Position numbers and translations under genes: made by a program. From Octopus vulgaris (Eukaryota), in NCBI GenBank assembly GCA_951406725.2, contig OX597831.1, positions 75,206,001 to 75,270,000 on the forward strand: DNA of 64,000 nucleotides, in the 5' to 3' direction. The notes under the pieces were generated by a model. It had not been told where the DNA came from. It did no database searches and saw only the letters and a list, made by a program, of their open reading frames with translations. Shown here one piece after another: positions 12,032 through 25,160 of this stretch. The first letter of the stretch is position 1. Each line of letters begins with the position of its first letter.

Positions 12032-12837
12032 CGACAACAGACAGTGTTGAGCTGTTCTCGTCCCAGTAACTAAGCGGTTCGACAAAAGTATCGGACTTAA
12101 AGAAAAATAAGTTTTGGAGTTTGATCTGTTTGACTAAAACCCTTCAAGGCAAATACTCCGGCATGGTGGCTACCCAAAAAGTAAACGAAGGTAAAAGCTA
12201 GAACAGCTATCACCAGATTCAGGCCTTAGAAACATGAACAAGGTCCGAAGAGAATAAAATGGAAACAAGAGTTAATTGTAATTAGGTTAAACGAAGCAAT
12301 AATGACAACAAAGTGGCTTCAATGAGTCATCGTTGGAAGCATCTTTCTAAAGTTGTGAAAAGTTCAAAATTAAGGACACATGATAGTCAAGTCTTATGAC
12401 TGCCAATAACACTCACACATTCATTCAGTTTTGATCTTCCATAGTTTGAACAAAGACACATGATGTGTCCTGTAAACGTTTCTATTGTGGAAAGCCAATG
12501 GCTTAGTGGATAGGGGTATTCGGTTCGCAAACGTGATGTCGTGAGTTCGATTCCTGGCGGCGCCGTTGTGTCCTTCAACATGACATTTTTTTATTTCATT
12601 TTGTTCCAGTTCGATCAGCTGGCAAAAATTGAGATGTAATTGTATTTCAAAGGGCAAATCTTGTCACATTCCCTGAATTTCCCTGGCAGCTACGTTAATG
12701 GTACGCGTTTGTGGAATACTCAACCACTGGCACGTTAATTTCATGAGTATGCTCATAGGATCAACTGGAGGTTCTCGTTGTCGTAACCAAGGAAAAGCCA
12801 GTTGGGTTATGTCGGATGAATGAGAGAAGAGTGCTCG

Positions 12838-14404
12838 GCATAACTACAGACGTGTACCCCTGCCAACTTTGTTGCTCTATAACTTTCAGAAAAATGGATA
12901 CTTTTTAACGAAATCTTCAACAAATAACGCTTAGATGCCGTGGATTCAGATTATATAGGGATTTAAAGGAAATAATTTTTTCGAGAGGATAGGGAGGGGA
13001 GTTTCGGAAAATTCACACGATCCGGATTTTTTCCCTCGTTACTTTCAGGAGAATGGTTATCTTTTAGTGAAATTTTATACAAATACCTTTCAAACGGTAT
13101 AGATTACGATTATAAAGGAATTTGTGGGGTAAATTTTTTCCGAAGGTGTGGGGAGAGGAATTTCGGAAAAAAACGGAGTCTCGGATCAAGAAGACCAAAT
13201 AAGTTGGAACTATTCCGTTTTGACGACGATTCCCAACCCCTTTTTTTTTTTAACCACAGCCTTTTGAAAATTTTTTGTAGAACCCCACCACCCTCTTCTC
13301 CCATCATCCCATTCCGGACCGATTTTGACAATTTTTTTTTGCACTTCCAAACCACTTGAGGAGCCTTTTGGGTAAAAAAAAATAATAATAAATAATTGTT
13401 AATATTTTCAGAGGAAAAAGTGTGATTTAAGAGAGATTTGGCTGTTATTTCTAGCACATCCTAAGGCAACCTTCCTCTCAATTCTCACTCTCGAATGTAT
13501 TAGACGTGTGAGAGTGAGAAGGGAGGGTGGTTTGGGATGTGTTAGAAACAACAGCCAAATCTCCCTTGAATCGTACACCAATTGACAATTATTTTTTTTC
13601 TTTTTACCGCAAAGGCTCCTCCCATGGGTTTTAAGTTGGAAAAAAAATTGGCCAAAATCAGTCCAGAGTGGGATGGTGAGGAATGTGGAGGGGGGATTAA
13701 AATTTTCAAAACTTTTTTTCATAAACAGATGCACACACCCACCCCGGCCACCATTTCGAAGGCAGTGGTGAAATTTTAAAAAATGGGAAAAATCTCCGTC
13801 AAAACAGAGTTCCAACTTATTTGGTCTTCCTGATCCGAAACTCCGTTTTTCGAAATTCCTCTCCCCACACCTTCGGAAAAATTTTTTCTCTACAGATTTC
13901 TTTATAATCGTAATCTTTACCGTTTGAAAGGTATTTCTATAAAATTTCATCAAAAGATAACCATTCTCCTGAAAGTAATGAGGGGAAAAAATCCGGATCG
14001 TGTGGATTTTTTGAAACTCCTCTCCCTACCTCCTTAGAAAAATTCTTTCCCATAAATCCCTATATATATTTCTTTATTGCTCACAAGGGGCTAAACATAG
14101 AGGGGACAAACAAGGATTGACAAAGGGATTAAGTCAATTACATCAACCCCAGTGCGTAACTGGTATTTAATTTATCGATCCCGAAAGGATGAAAGGCAAA
14201 GTCGACCTCGGCGGAATTTGAACTCAGAACGTAACGGCAGACGAAATAGCGCTAAGCATTTTGCCCGGCGTGCTAACGATTCTGCCAGCTCGCCGCCTTT
14301 GTACATCACTATATAATCTGAATTCACGGTATTTGTTGAAAATTTCGTTCAAAAAGCATCTATTTTTCTCGAAGTTATAAGGCAACAAAGTCTGTATTTA
14401 CATC
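12838..14404. mobile_element. Foldback/MULE-like palindromic element (~650-bp arms) with a SINE inserted at ~14065-14300
   Basis: Long inverted arms centred near 13500, with an exact 9-bp TSD gagtgctcg (12829-12837, 14405-14413). Confidence 0.8.
14065..14300 (-). mobile_element. tRNA-like SINE family C
   Basis: aaggcggcgagctggcagaatcgttagc...gagttcaaattcc...gcctttcatcctttcggg. Other copies near 6497, 44598, 51455 and 55775. Confidence 0.8.
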
Positions 14405-15524
14405 GAGTGCTCGATATATCTTGTAGAACAGAGGTCCCCTAACTTTATTGCACAGAGTAACTTGTTTCGTATCGTATGATGTGAGATGCCACAGGGACAT
14501 TTTCTCAAGTGTGTTAGATAGCGAAATCCTTCATGTGAGACCCCTTACAGCCTCATGTGGGGTCAGACGTGACGAAGAACTGTAAATACTGGCGAATTAA
14601 CCAACTAGTACCGTTTCTAACTTCTCTACTTTTAGACCAGGCATACGCAACCTTTCTTGAGAAGCAGGCCGCATGAGATACGGTTCATCATTTGGCGGGC
14701 TGCAAGACTAAAAAAAAAATCAAGTTAATTTTCCGTTCAGAAAGTGCCGCGGGCTGCAGTTTGCTTCAGATTGCTTTAGACTTTAACATACACGGTCCTT
14801 CAACTGTTGCTTACTTAAAAATAACATAGTCGATGCCTCTTTCACAAGTGCAACGATAAAAGTGAGCGAAAACTTGCTGAGAAATCCTCAGAGGAAGAAC
14901 TTTCGTCAAATGTTTGGTTCGTTAGTTCCTGACACTCTAAAGGGAACTGTGACCCACACAGGTAGGGAGACCCCGGCTCTCTTAGAGTGCATCCTTTGCA
15001 ATTGTAATGATAAAAAAAACGCTCCAATAAACTTATTATCACACCCGTGTCCAAACTGAAAGGCGGACTTTCGGAATAGCCATTCAGGACAAGGAACTGT
15101 GAAAGAATTTTTTGTCAAAAACGTAATTTCATTCACCATTTGGCAATGTTTCATTTCTGTACCCATCCCACAATTCACGAGATAGGTATAATAGTAAAAA
15201 AAAATGGTAAAATTACCAATTTTAATTAGAATTGTAGGTGGAAATACCTCCAGTGTTATGGCTTGACCTTTCTGTTACTGAGGAGAGAATGGCAGCGCCC
15301 ATGACCCATTATGGCCTCCGACAGTGATGGGAAGGAGAGATGAAGGGATCTTTAACCGTAGGCCTTGTTCGAATGTAGCAAACAGTGGACACTGCTAAAA
15401 GAACAAAGTGTGAAGTGGTTAGGGTTACTACGGGCGACGGGCTGAGCCTACAACCTAAGTAAGTCGCGAAGGTATTTGAACGCAAAAAGCCGGAATACGG
15501 CAAAGATCACCTAATTAAAATTCG

Positions 15525-15620
15525 GGCGAAAGTAAAGAATACGTACACCCGGGGTTTAGGGTTACGGAATGGTTTTTGTAACGCCGAAAACGGGTGGTGT
15601 ACGTATTCTTTACCTCCGCC
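15525..15620. mobile_element. 96-bp Merlin-like MITE
   Basis: TIR ggcgaaagtaaagaatacgtacacc / ggtgtacgtattctttacctccgcc, exact 8-bp TSD aaaattcg, internal ttagggtta. Confidence 0.7.
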
Positions 15621-16248
15621 AAAATTCGTACAGTTTCGCCAATCCACCGCCCTAAATTGGTTCATTTACCCATTTTTTTAAACGACCTCGAAAGGATAAA
15701 AAGCAGTTTCCCATAGCAGGCGTGGGGTTATTTAAGACCTGATGTTTAACAAGTCAAATCCCGCCAGGGTCATAACTAGTGGACACAGCTTAAACTAATG
15801 AGACCCATGACAGATAAGATATCTATATCGAAAGAATGCCAACTAATGCTTCTCATTAGGTCTCCGCTTACTGTGTTCCCTCTAAGTTACGCAGTTTTGT
15901 GAGCGGGTGCTCCCATGTGCTTTACAACTGGGAAAGGGAATAAAAATTGTGCCCACGCAAGATTTTCGGAATAAAACGGGATGTTTTGAATTGAAGACAT
16001 TTGACTTTATGTTTACTCGCATGGAAGCACGTATTTTGCAAAGAATTACAAAATCTACACATGCAAATTTCTGCGTACACCAACAGCTAAAAATTAGAGA
16101 CTAGACCAAGAGCCCCAAACGACACAAAGATAAATGTTTACGTTTAGGAATAGTTGTCTTTCGAGGTCGTCGCATACCTTGTGGGAACCGAAAACAGATA
16201 TTACCATGACTAAAAAAACAAAACCAAATTGGTTCTCTGCACACTTAC

Positions 16249-16344
16249 TTCATCATAGGTAACACTTCTAATAAGAGGTATTTGACTTCTCCTTTGTATT
16301 GACGACTCTGAAATCTTCCTGTCCGTTGTTGAAGTCACTGCCAT
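16249..16344 (-). CDS. CFAP69: CFAP69-like coding exon 1 (MAVTSTTDRKISESSIQRRSQIPLIRSVTYDE); an in-frame upstream ATG lies at 16377
   Basis: ggcaacATGG Kozak context and a phase-0 gtaagt donor. SQIPLIRSVTYDE resembles the recalled CFAP69 segment SQIPVVGVVTEDDE. Confidence 0.78.
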
Positions 16345-16672
16345 GTTGCCTGTCTCCAAGGACCTCTCTTTATTCATACAGGTGAAAAAAATATATATAT
16401 TTACAAAAATTGCCGCAAAAGAAATTTACTGTTTTGAAAGGGCTGGCATTATTTCGAATTATTGATCACACAATTATTCATCCTTCTGTTAGTGCTGCAG
16501 ACTTGAGATAGTTTTTTGTTCCATTTCATACATATACATACATACACACATATATACGTATCTGCATATATATATGTATGTATATATATATATATTGTTA
16601 TAAGGCTTTCGTGTTCTCTACTAAAGTTGGTAAAAATACCTTCTCTTCGCTACAAACAGCTTTAATTATGCC

Positions 16673-16685
16673 GTTGCTAGGCAAC
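16673..16685. promoter_or_regulatory. RFX X-box GTTGCTAGGCAAC
   Basis: Near-palindromic RFX consensus about 330 bp upstream of a ciliary-gene ATG, in unique CpG-retaining sequence. Confidence 0.7.
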
Positions 16686-17235
16686 ACACCTACCGCATTT
16701 ACCTTTATTTTCTCGCGCGCAATTTTCCCTCCCACTTCCACGAGCTTTTGTTCTCCCTCTCTCTGTCTTTTATACGCTCTTTCTCTCACTCTATCTCTCT
16801 CTCTCTCTCTCACACACACATTCTTTCTTTCAATCTTCATTTCTCTCTTTTACTCTTTGTTTCTCTCATTCACTCATTTACTCTTTCAATCTCTCTCCGT
16901 CTCACTCTCTGACAGTTTTTTCTTTATTAGTCTCTCTCTCTCTCTATCTCTGTCACTCTTTTTCTTTCACTCTCTCTATCTCAATAACCTGATCTCTCTT
17001 TTGCTCACCTGGGGCCGAGAGTCACAAATAAAGGTACCAATGCCTAGAAGAGCTGGAGTTGCTGAAGAAATGCGATAACATCTAAGAAGACGTCTACAAA
17101 GGCTTTGGTCTGGACCCATTAACGGTGTCTGCCTTGAAGAAGCAAAGAGGGATTTGAAAGTTTAAATTGGAAAAGAATAAATTTCTTCTATTAAACCCGT
17201 TTTCTTTCGTCACTCGTTCATTATTCCTAATTAGT

Positions 17236-17620
17236 GGAGGCGCAATGGCCCAGTGGTTAGGACAGCGGACTCGCGGTCATAGGATCGCGGTTTCGATTCC
17301 CAGACCAGGCGTTGTGAGTGTTTATTGAGCGAAAACACCTAAAGCTCCACGAGGATCCGGCAGGGGATGGTGGTGATCCCTGCTGTACTCTTTCACCACA
17401 ACTTTCTCTCACTCTTACTTCCTGTTTCTGTTGTACCTGTATTTCAAAGGGGCCAGCCTTGTCACTCTCTGTGTCACGCTAAATATCCCCGAGAACTACG
17501 TTAAGGGTGCACGTGTATGTGGAGTGCTCAGCCACTTACACGTTAATTTCACGAGCAGGCTGTTCCGTTGATTCGGATCAACCTTAACCCTCATCGTCGT
17601 AACCGACAGAGTGCTTCCAT
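17236..17620 (+). mobile_element. tRNA-derived SINE family B
   Basis: A box tggcccagtgg, B box ggtttcgattccc. Flanked by a ttcctaatta duplication. Confidence 0.82.
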
Positions 17621-17794
17621 TCCTAATTAACATGAAATGTACAAAAAAATCATGAGTATGTAACCGGTTTTAATTAAAAAGACTTGCCAGCCTCTTTCAT
17701 GGGTCAAAGGAATATTGGTGGAACTTAAAGATTAATACAGCCTCCAAGTTAAAACACAACTGGCCAAATATTGATGTGCGGGAGTACAAAAAAG

Positions 17795-18376
17795 GGATCT
17801 TTTCCTTTTGAACGGCACATGTCAACACAATTTCTAGTTAACTAAACACTTTTAAACTTCGTATACTGGTAGAATGTGTTTATAAAACATCATTTTTTCT
17901 TGGCTTTATTGAGAAAATTCTATAGTTTGTAACATATTTCGTCTGAAATTTCGAGCATTTCGGTAATTTTAACCAATCGCTGACCTCTATTTGGGGTGAA
18001 AACATTCCGTGCTGTATGAATATGTCCCTCGTTTAAGAAACGGATTGGGTTTATTTACATTTGCGAAGAAAAAAAGATACCCTTCCCCCACCCCTAACCC
18101 TAACTCTATTTCTTCGCAAATATAAATAAACCCAATCTGTTTCTTAAACGAGGGACATATTCATACAGCACGGAATGTTTTCACCCCAAATAGAGGTCAA
18201 CGATTGGTTAAAATTGCCGAAATGCTTGAAATTAAAGTGAAAATATGTTAGAATTTTCTCAATAAAGCCAAGAAAAAATTATGTTTTATAAACACATTCT
18301 ACCAGTATACGAAGTTTAAAAGTATCTAGTTAACTAGAAATTGTGTTGACATGTGCCGTTCAAAAGGAAAAGATCC
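17795..18376. mobile_element. Near-perfect palindromic MITE (~275-bp arms) with a central cctaaccctaac
   Basis: ggatcttttcc...ggaaaagatcc termini and an imperfect 8-bp TSD caaaaaag/caaatagg. Confidence 0.85.
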
Positions 18377-19269
18377 CAAATAGGAAATATCAGCTGGTCA
18401 GAAAAATACGGAGGAAAGAAAACATCAAAGGATCATTGATAAGGAGTTTGTAAATCTAATATCCCACGAAACACTTTCAGCCTCATATCTATTATTACTG
18501 GGGCAACGGGATATCTATTAATCCTTCTGGATCAAATCTTAGCTGAACTTGGGTTCTCAGGGAAAGAACGCAACTCCTTAATTCATATGCTGCAAAGGAT
18601 CACAACATCATCATCATCATCATGGATTGGACAGTTTACCCAGGGCTGGTAAATTACTGAGGGGCTGCACCAGATTCCAGTCTGATTTGGCATGGTCTCT
18701 ACGGCTGGATGCTCTTCCTGACGCCAACAACTCCGAGGGTTTAGCGGGTGCTTTTACGTGCCACCGGCACAGGTGTCATTTGTGTGACACCAGTATCTGC
18801 CATGACTATGATTTCACTCGGCATGATGGACCTTCCTTCTCAAGCACAGCATATCGCCAAGGGTCTCAGTCATTTGTCATTGTCTCCACAGGGCCCAGCA
18901 CTCGAAAGGCGTTTTTTTACGTGCCACCAGCACGCAGGCCTTCTTAAGGTGTAAAAGATTATGAATAAAACAAGGCCTTTTCTTCGCAACCTTGCTAACA
19001 CATACCAGTTATGTCTTGGTGTAAAAGATGGGCTACAGCAAATATTCTGCTCAATACCACAGATTTGCTTGTCAGTTGTTTGACCTTAACCGGTTGAGCA
19101 TGTCCCTTAGTGGCTGACGATATGTGCATCTCTGATCACGAGCAGAAGTAGTGGGGGAGCATCATAGCCATGTGTTGAGAGGGAATTTCTTCAAGGCGGT
19201 GCCCCAGCATGGCCGCAGTCTAATGACTGGAACAAATAATAGATAAAACATACACACATTTAGATTAAC

Positions 19270-19766
<497 letters not shown>

Positions 19767-19779
19767 ACAAAAAAATAAT

Positions 19780-20016
19780 TTTGGCAACTAGGGGTAGGTA
19801 ACTCAAAAGTAACCGACACAGCGTTGCGCCGCCGCCGAACGAGGGCGCTAGTTGTCAGAACAGGAAGTTTACAGACTTCATTCTTCCTCTTGCCTTGTTT
19901 ACATCTCCGTCTTTTGTCTCTGTTTCTTCCGTTCCTCCCTCTTTTGTCTCGTCTCTTGTTTACATAACAAGCGACATTGCCGTTGTGGTCGTTCCCTGCC
20001 AAGGCACTCATCAAAC
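19780..20016 (+). promoter_or_regulatory. CpG-rich promoter/5'UTR of the plus-strand gene
   Basis: Unique CpG-dense sequence (gcgttgcgccgccgccgaacgagggcgc) directly before the ATG. Confidence 0.55.
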
Positions 20017-20207
20017 ATGACTGCTTACAGGAAGCTCAATTCCTCCGTCGTCAAGCCCAACAGACGTTACGGCTTCAAAAGACGCTGTCTCTCCCTCTTC
20101 GGACGATTCATCTTCCTCTCCGTCATCGCCATAACGCTGATCTTGACCGTCGGCCTCCTCTACATCTACGCCACTTATCCACCGCACGCTTCTTGCACAA
20201 TCAAATG
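20017..20207 (+). CDS. Uncharacterised Cys-rich single-pass protein, exon 1 (MTAYRK...TM...PPHASCTIK[W])
   Basis: aaacATG start, a hydrophobic segment FIFLSVIAITLILTVGLLYIYA, and a phase-2 gtgagt donor. Confidence 0.88.
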
Positions 20208-20289
20208 GTGAGTAAACACTTCTCTATATCTCTATTTATTTATCTAGTCTTTCTTCCGTCTCCTTCTCCGTTCAAATCCTGCCCAGGTT

Positions 20290-20826
20290 GGTACAACTAG
20301 CAGCGAACAGTGGTCCCGGTGCGCGCACTCGCGCTAGCTAGTCGTAAGTAGTCGATCCTACAACGACTTTTTAACCCTAACCCTAAACCTAACCATGGTA
20401 CTACTTGAGAACAGTGGTCCCGGTGCGTGCACTCGCGTAGTCGCGCATCCGCCCTAGCTAGTCGTAAGTAGTCGATCCTACAACGACTTTTTAACCCTAA
20501 CCCTGGTACTACTTGAGAACAGTGGTCCCGGTGCGTGCACTCGCGTAGTCGCGCATCCGCGCTCCTACAACGACTACCGAGCAAAGTAAATAAAAACCCT
20601 AACCCTGAACCTAATTTTTTAACCCTGACCCTAGTTTTGTTTATGAAAATAATTTATTTACTTAGTTTAAAAAATTATTTACTTTGTTCGAAAAATATTA
20701 TTTAATTTCCTTTGATCTGTATTCAGCCTTGAAATACAAACATACGCGCAAGTCGTTGTAGAATCGACTACTTACGACTAGCTAGCGCGAGTGCGCGCAC
20801 CGAGACCACTGTTCGCTAGTAGTACC
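20290..20826. mobile_element. Merlin-like MITE with ~80-bp TIRs, tandem TIR-derived units and TAACCC repeats
   Basis: ggtac...gtacc termini, a degenerate 8-bp TSD cccaggtt/ccgaggtc, and three tandem units. Confidence 0.75.
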
Positions 20827-22021
20827 CCGAGGTCATCTTCGCTTTCCAGGGTCAATAAAATAAAGTACCAGATATAATCAACCAGTTCCCCCCACTCTCC
20901 CTACCTCATAGTGTCGTAGTTCGCTAAACTATCCATCGTGGGGCAAAGTAATGCACTGAGGTCCCAACATACGCAGTGACACCCCGTATAGATTAGATCG
21001 AAACCACTAAACTCGTGGGGCCCTTCTGGGCTACTTCCCTGTCTGATTATGTCTTAACTTGGCCCTGTCTCTCAACTTAAAATTCTTAGCCTTATACCTA
21101 ATTAAAAATTGCTATTTGGTGCTGTTCTACCATATTAAATTCCCTTCCATCGCAGTCTCCCCGATTTTCATTGTTTGTACGCTCCTCCCCGTTATCCTCT
21201 CCCTCATCTCGAACCCCGATCCGCGAGTACCCGATCTGCCGCCTCTCACCCATCCGCAAACTATGTTCCTTACTGGGTTTGTTTTTGTTTTTGCTTCGTG
21301 TGTACTTTTACAAACAGACAGAAAGCATTGGTTGTATTCTCATCTGCAACTTTGTCTGAATTAGAAGTAAAGAAACGAAAAAGCTAAACCGGGTTAGTCA
21401 CAACCGGAACGTCTTATGATCCTACCAGGTCCACTTGTTTAGAACTGACCTGGAGATAAAAAACACGTTATCGTCCCCTCCCCTTGTGCAAGGTTCCCTA
21501 AGGGGTCAAATACCAGCCAAGCCCGAAGAAAAAGATAAAATGTTAAGCTCCCACCCCGATATTACCGAAAATTCCCCACACCCTCTATTGATGAAAGGAC
21601 AAAATAGGAGTTCGATTCCATATAATGCTTTTATTCTATCATGGTGTCAGATTTGGAAAGTTTAAGACATTAATTTTATTCAACGTGAGTAATTTACCTG
21701 CTCCCTCTTGTGGCCAACAAAGCTTTACCAGTTTACCCCACCCACCTCTTACGAGAAACGCTACCTTAGCGTGCATTTGACTTCATATCGGGACAGACCT
21801 GGGCCTATACTGGATAATATTTAAGAAATTGATAATATTGGTAATTCATTCATACATTTAAGAGATACTCGCAGTCATGTTATCTGTGACAGATCAGTAA
21901 AATTAGGCACTTGTATATGTGTGGGTATGTTAATCAAATTAATATTACTCGTTTGGTAAGATTGGCTGTAATGATGTGTGTGTGTGGTTATATATATATA
22001 TCTCTATTTATAAATCTATAT

Positions 22022-22185
22022 ATATATAAAATAGTGTACATTTACACACAAGAGAAAACTAACTTTAACGGGTAACTTTTACACGCTAGAAGAAGCAGTC
22101 AAAACGACCAAAACCTTCTAGCGTGTAAAAATTACCTGTTAAAGGTAGTTTTCTCCTGTGTTTAAATGTACACTATTTTATATTT
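22022..22185. repeat. Hairpin with ~70-bp arms
   Basis: aaaatagtgtacattt...acacgctagaag / cttctagcgtgt...aaatgtacactatttt. Confidence 0.85.
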
Positions 22186-22518
22186 AGAATATGTTGTCTA
22201 TTGACTTCCTATACATGCTAGGCCACTGGTGGTGAAATTTCTAAAAATATTCGCCATCCTATTTATATATATATATATATACATGAAGTCTCCTGAGGAA
22301 CTCGTATACACAAAAATTACTAATGTTTCTAGGTTTTTCTCACAAAAGAAAACTTTAGAATTGGACTTCCCAGAATACGCATCTCTCTTGTTTAGTTTCA
22401 GCATCCGTTTTATATACAATATTTTGTTGTGTATACACAAAGCTTTGTGCGTATATGTACAAATATATACATAATCAGTAGATGGAACGTAACGCTATAT
22501 AAGCATATATACAGCAAT

Positions 22519-22589
<71 letters not shown>

Positions 22590-22713
22590 ATATGATATTG
22601 GTGTGAAGAAAAGTATCCTGAAATTGATATTTTGAATTTCTGAAAGAATGGTATCACATGTTTTGGAACTAAATTTTGGTCTGGTTATTGTATTGTTGTG
22701 GAATTTGACCCCC

Positions 22714-22749
<36 letters not shown>

Positions 22750-23528
22750 ATATTTGTTTGTTTATGTGAGTTTGTATCTGTATGTGTATATTATGATTGC
22801 ATCATTACAGTGTGTTCATATGTGTGTATGTGTACGTGTCGTGTGTGTGTGTTTACTTATGTATATGTGTTAGTTTTTTCCTGTCAGTAAATCTTCCAGT
22901 TACCCCCATAAATTCAAAGCTTTGTAAAATACGAAATACCTTGAAAAAAAAAAAAAAAAAACAGGTGAGGGTTAACAACATTTTGCTGTAAAACAATGCC
23001 TTCGATATCATATTCGTCCAACCCATGCAAGGGCGGAAAAACGAACGTAAAACGAACGAACAAATACTTGCAGAAATAAAGGTTTTGTTATTGTTTTTAT
23101 TATTAATTTTGGCTGTGTAAGAGTACACTATCATTCTCATTAAGTCCCTGTGGCAACCCCCCATCCACACAACCTGTCCTGAAAATCTTAAACATGTGAC
23201 TCGATTCTGTGTCACGTTGTAGAACTAGGGATAGGCACCAGACATTTTGGAATGTTAGCGAAATTATTTCTGACCTACATTCACTGGTTTATGTAATCTA
23301 TGGAACATTATTGTCTTTTATTCTGGCATAGTGTATCTGGGACTGTATTAACCAATGTGTTCCTTGTATTTATATTTTCATTTTTTTTTAAAGATTAGGG
23401 TGTCAAATGACAGATTTAGTTGCTATTTCTAGCATGGTGAGTAACCATACAGGAGCTCTGTATTGCAGTGCTATATAGAGCTTCTGTTGTTGAGCTATTT
23501 GGTATTTGTATAGCAGTATGCATACATT

Positions 23529-23686
23529 CAGGAGTGGCTGTGTGGTAAGTAGCTTGCTTACCAACCACATGGTTCCGGGTTCAGTCCCATGCGTGGCACT
23601 TTGGGCAAGTGTCTTCCACTATAGCCTCGGGCCGACCAAAGCCTTGTGAGTGGATTTGGTAGATGGAAACTGAAAGAAGCCCGTCG

Positions 23687-23745
<59 letters not shown>

Positions 23746-23941
23746 CTGTGTTTGTCCCCCTAGCATTGCTTGACAACCGATGCTGGTGTGTTTATGTCCC
23801 CGTTACTTAGCGGTTCGGCAAAAGAGACCGATAGAATAAGTACTGGGCTTACAAAAGAATAAGTCCCAGGGTCAAGTTGCTCGATTAAAGGCGTTGCTCC
23901 AGCATGGCCGCAGTCAAATGACTGAAACAAGTAAAAGAGAG
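23529..23941 (+). mobile_element. SINE family A
   Basis: Family A consensus. Confidence 0.9.
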
Positions 23942-24902
23942 TATACATATATACATACATACACACGTATAGGCATGTATTTATATATTTTAAAGAGGTC
24001 TTAGGCCATCAGGCAATGGGGTCTGCCGACACACCATAAAGTTGAACCTTTATGGACAGGAAACCCAGGGAAGCCCCATAAACCAGCCTTCGCCAGATGA
24101 TAATATGGACTGCTCTTTCTTAGAGTGTACTTCTTCTCCAGATTTACGTTTTTCTAATGATGATGTGGGGTGTAACCAGCCCTCATTCACTGGACAATAA
24201 ACCTTGCTTGGGAAGACCTATTGAGGGAAGTGAAATCGAATCAAAATTGCTGTTTATGTAATCTATGGAACATTATTGAACAGGGTGTCTTTTATTCTGG
24301 CATAGGTGTATCTGGGACTGTATTAACTGATGTGTTCCTTGTATTTACATAAATCGCTGATGTGGCCGATGACAGTACTGCCCAATTGGCGCTCGTGCCA
24401 GTGAAATGTTAGAAGCACTATTTGAGTGTGATTGTTGCCGGGGCACAGATTGGTTCCCATCCCAGTGGCACTTAAAAAGCACCATTCGACCGTGATCGGT
24501 GCCAGCGTCACCTTAATGGTACATTCGCCGGTAGCACATGAAAAACAACATTCAAGCATGGTCGTTGCTATTGCCACCAGACTGGCTCCCATGCAAGTAG
24601 CACTTAAAAAAACACCTTTTGAGTGTTGTCGGTGGCATGTAAAAAGCACCCACTACACTCTCGGAGTGGTTAGCATTAGGAAGGGCATCCAGCTGTAGAA
24701 ACTTTGCCAGATCAGATTGAGCCTGGTGCTTTAGTCTTATATTTATGGACTACCATATTAGCTTGGCAATAACTATTAATATCCAGTACCGCTGCCGTAG
24801 TCTCCTTTAGAGAAACTTAGAAATTTTAATATTTATATATATATATATATATATACATATAGCACGAGCATTTGATCATCACTATAAACAAGTCATTTGT
24901 AC

Positions 24903-25160
24903 AAGGGCTGTGGAGTCAAAACAAAAAGACTTTGACTCCGACTCCTCTATTAATGGCACCTCTGACTCTTCTTATGGTCTACATCACTCATAAATGCATA
25001 TGCATATGCTTGTACTCTGAGTAGGCCTCCATGTTATAACTGGTTTATATTAAAGAATAAAGATGTTGTGAGTCGGAGTCAGTCAGTATAGTTTTACTGA
25101 CTCCAACTCCAGCGACCCCTTAACTATTTCCGACTCCAAGACTCTGACTCCACAGCCCTG
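24903..25160. mobile_element. hAT-like MITE rich in gactc repeats
   Basis: agggctgtggagtc / gactccacagccctg termini with an 8-bp TSD atttgtac. Confidence 0.75.

Noticed and set aside
12417-12470. Small AG/GT-bounded minus-strand segment
   Set aside because: There is a stop in the phase required between exons 1 and 2.
14810-15060. Possible minus-strand exon in unique sequence
   Set aside because: Phase 0 hits an immediate stop, and exon 1 joins exon 2 colinearly with CFAP69 without it.
17008-17132. Open minus-strand segment with aag acceptor and cag|gtgag donor
   Set aside because: It lies upstream of the X-box and likely TSS and has no recognisable homology. At most it is an alternative UTR exon.
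17236-17310. tRNA gene
   Set aside because: It is a tRNA-like SINE head continuing into a repeat body, with imperfect acceptor and T stems. The same applies to the heads at 31765-31842 and 39196-39266.
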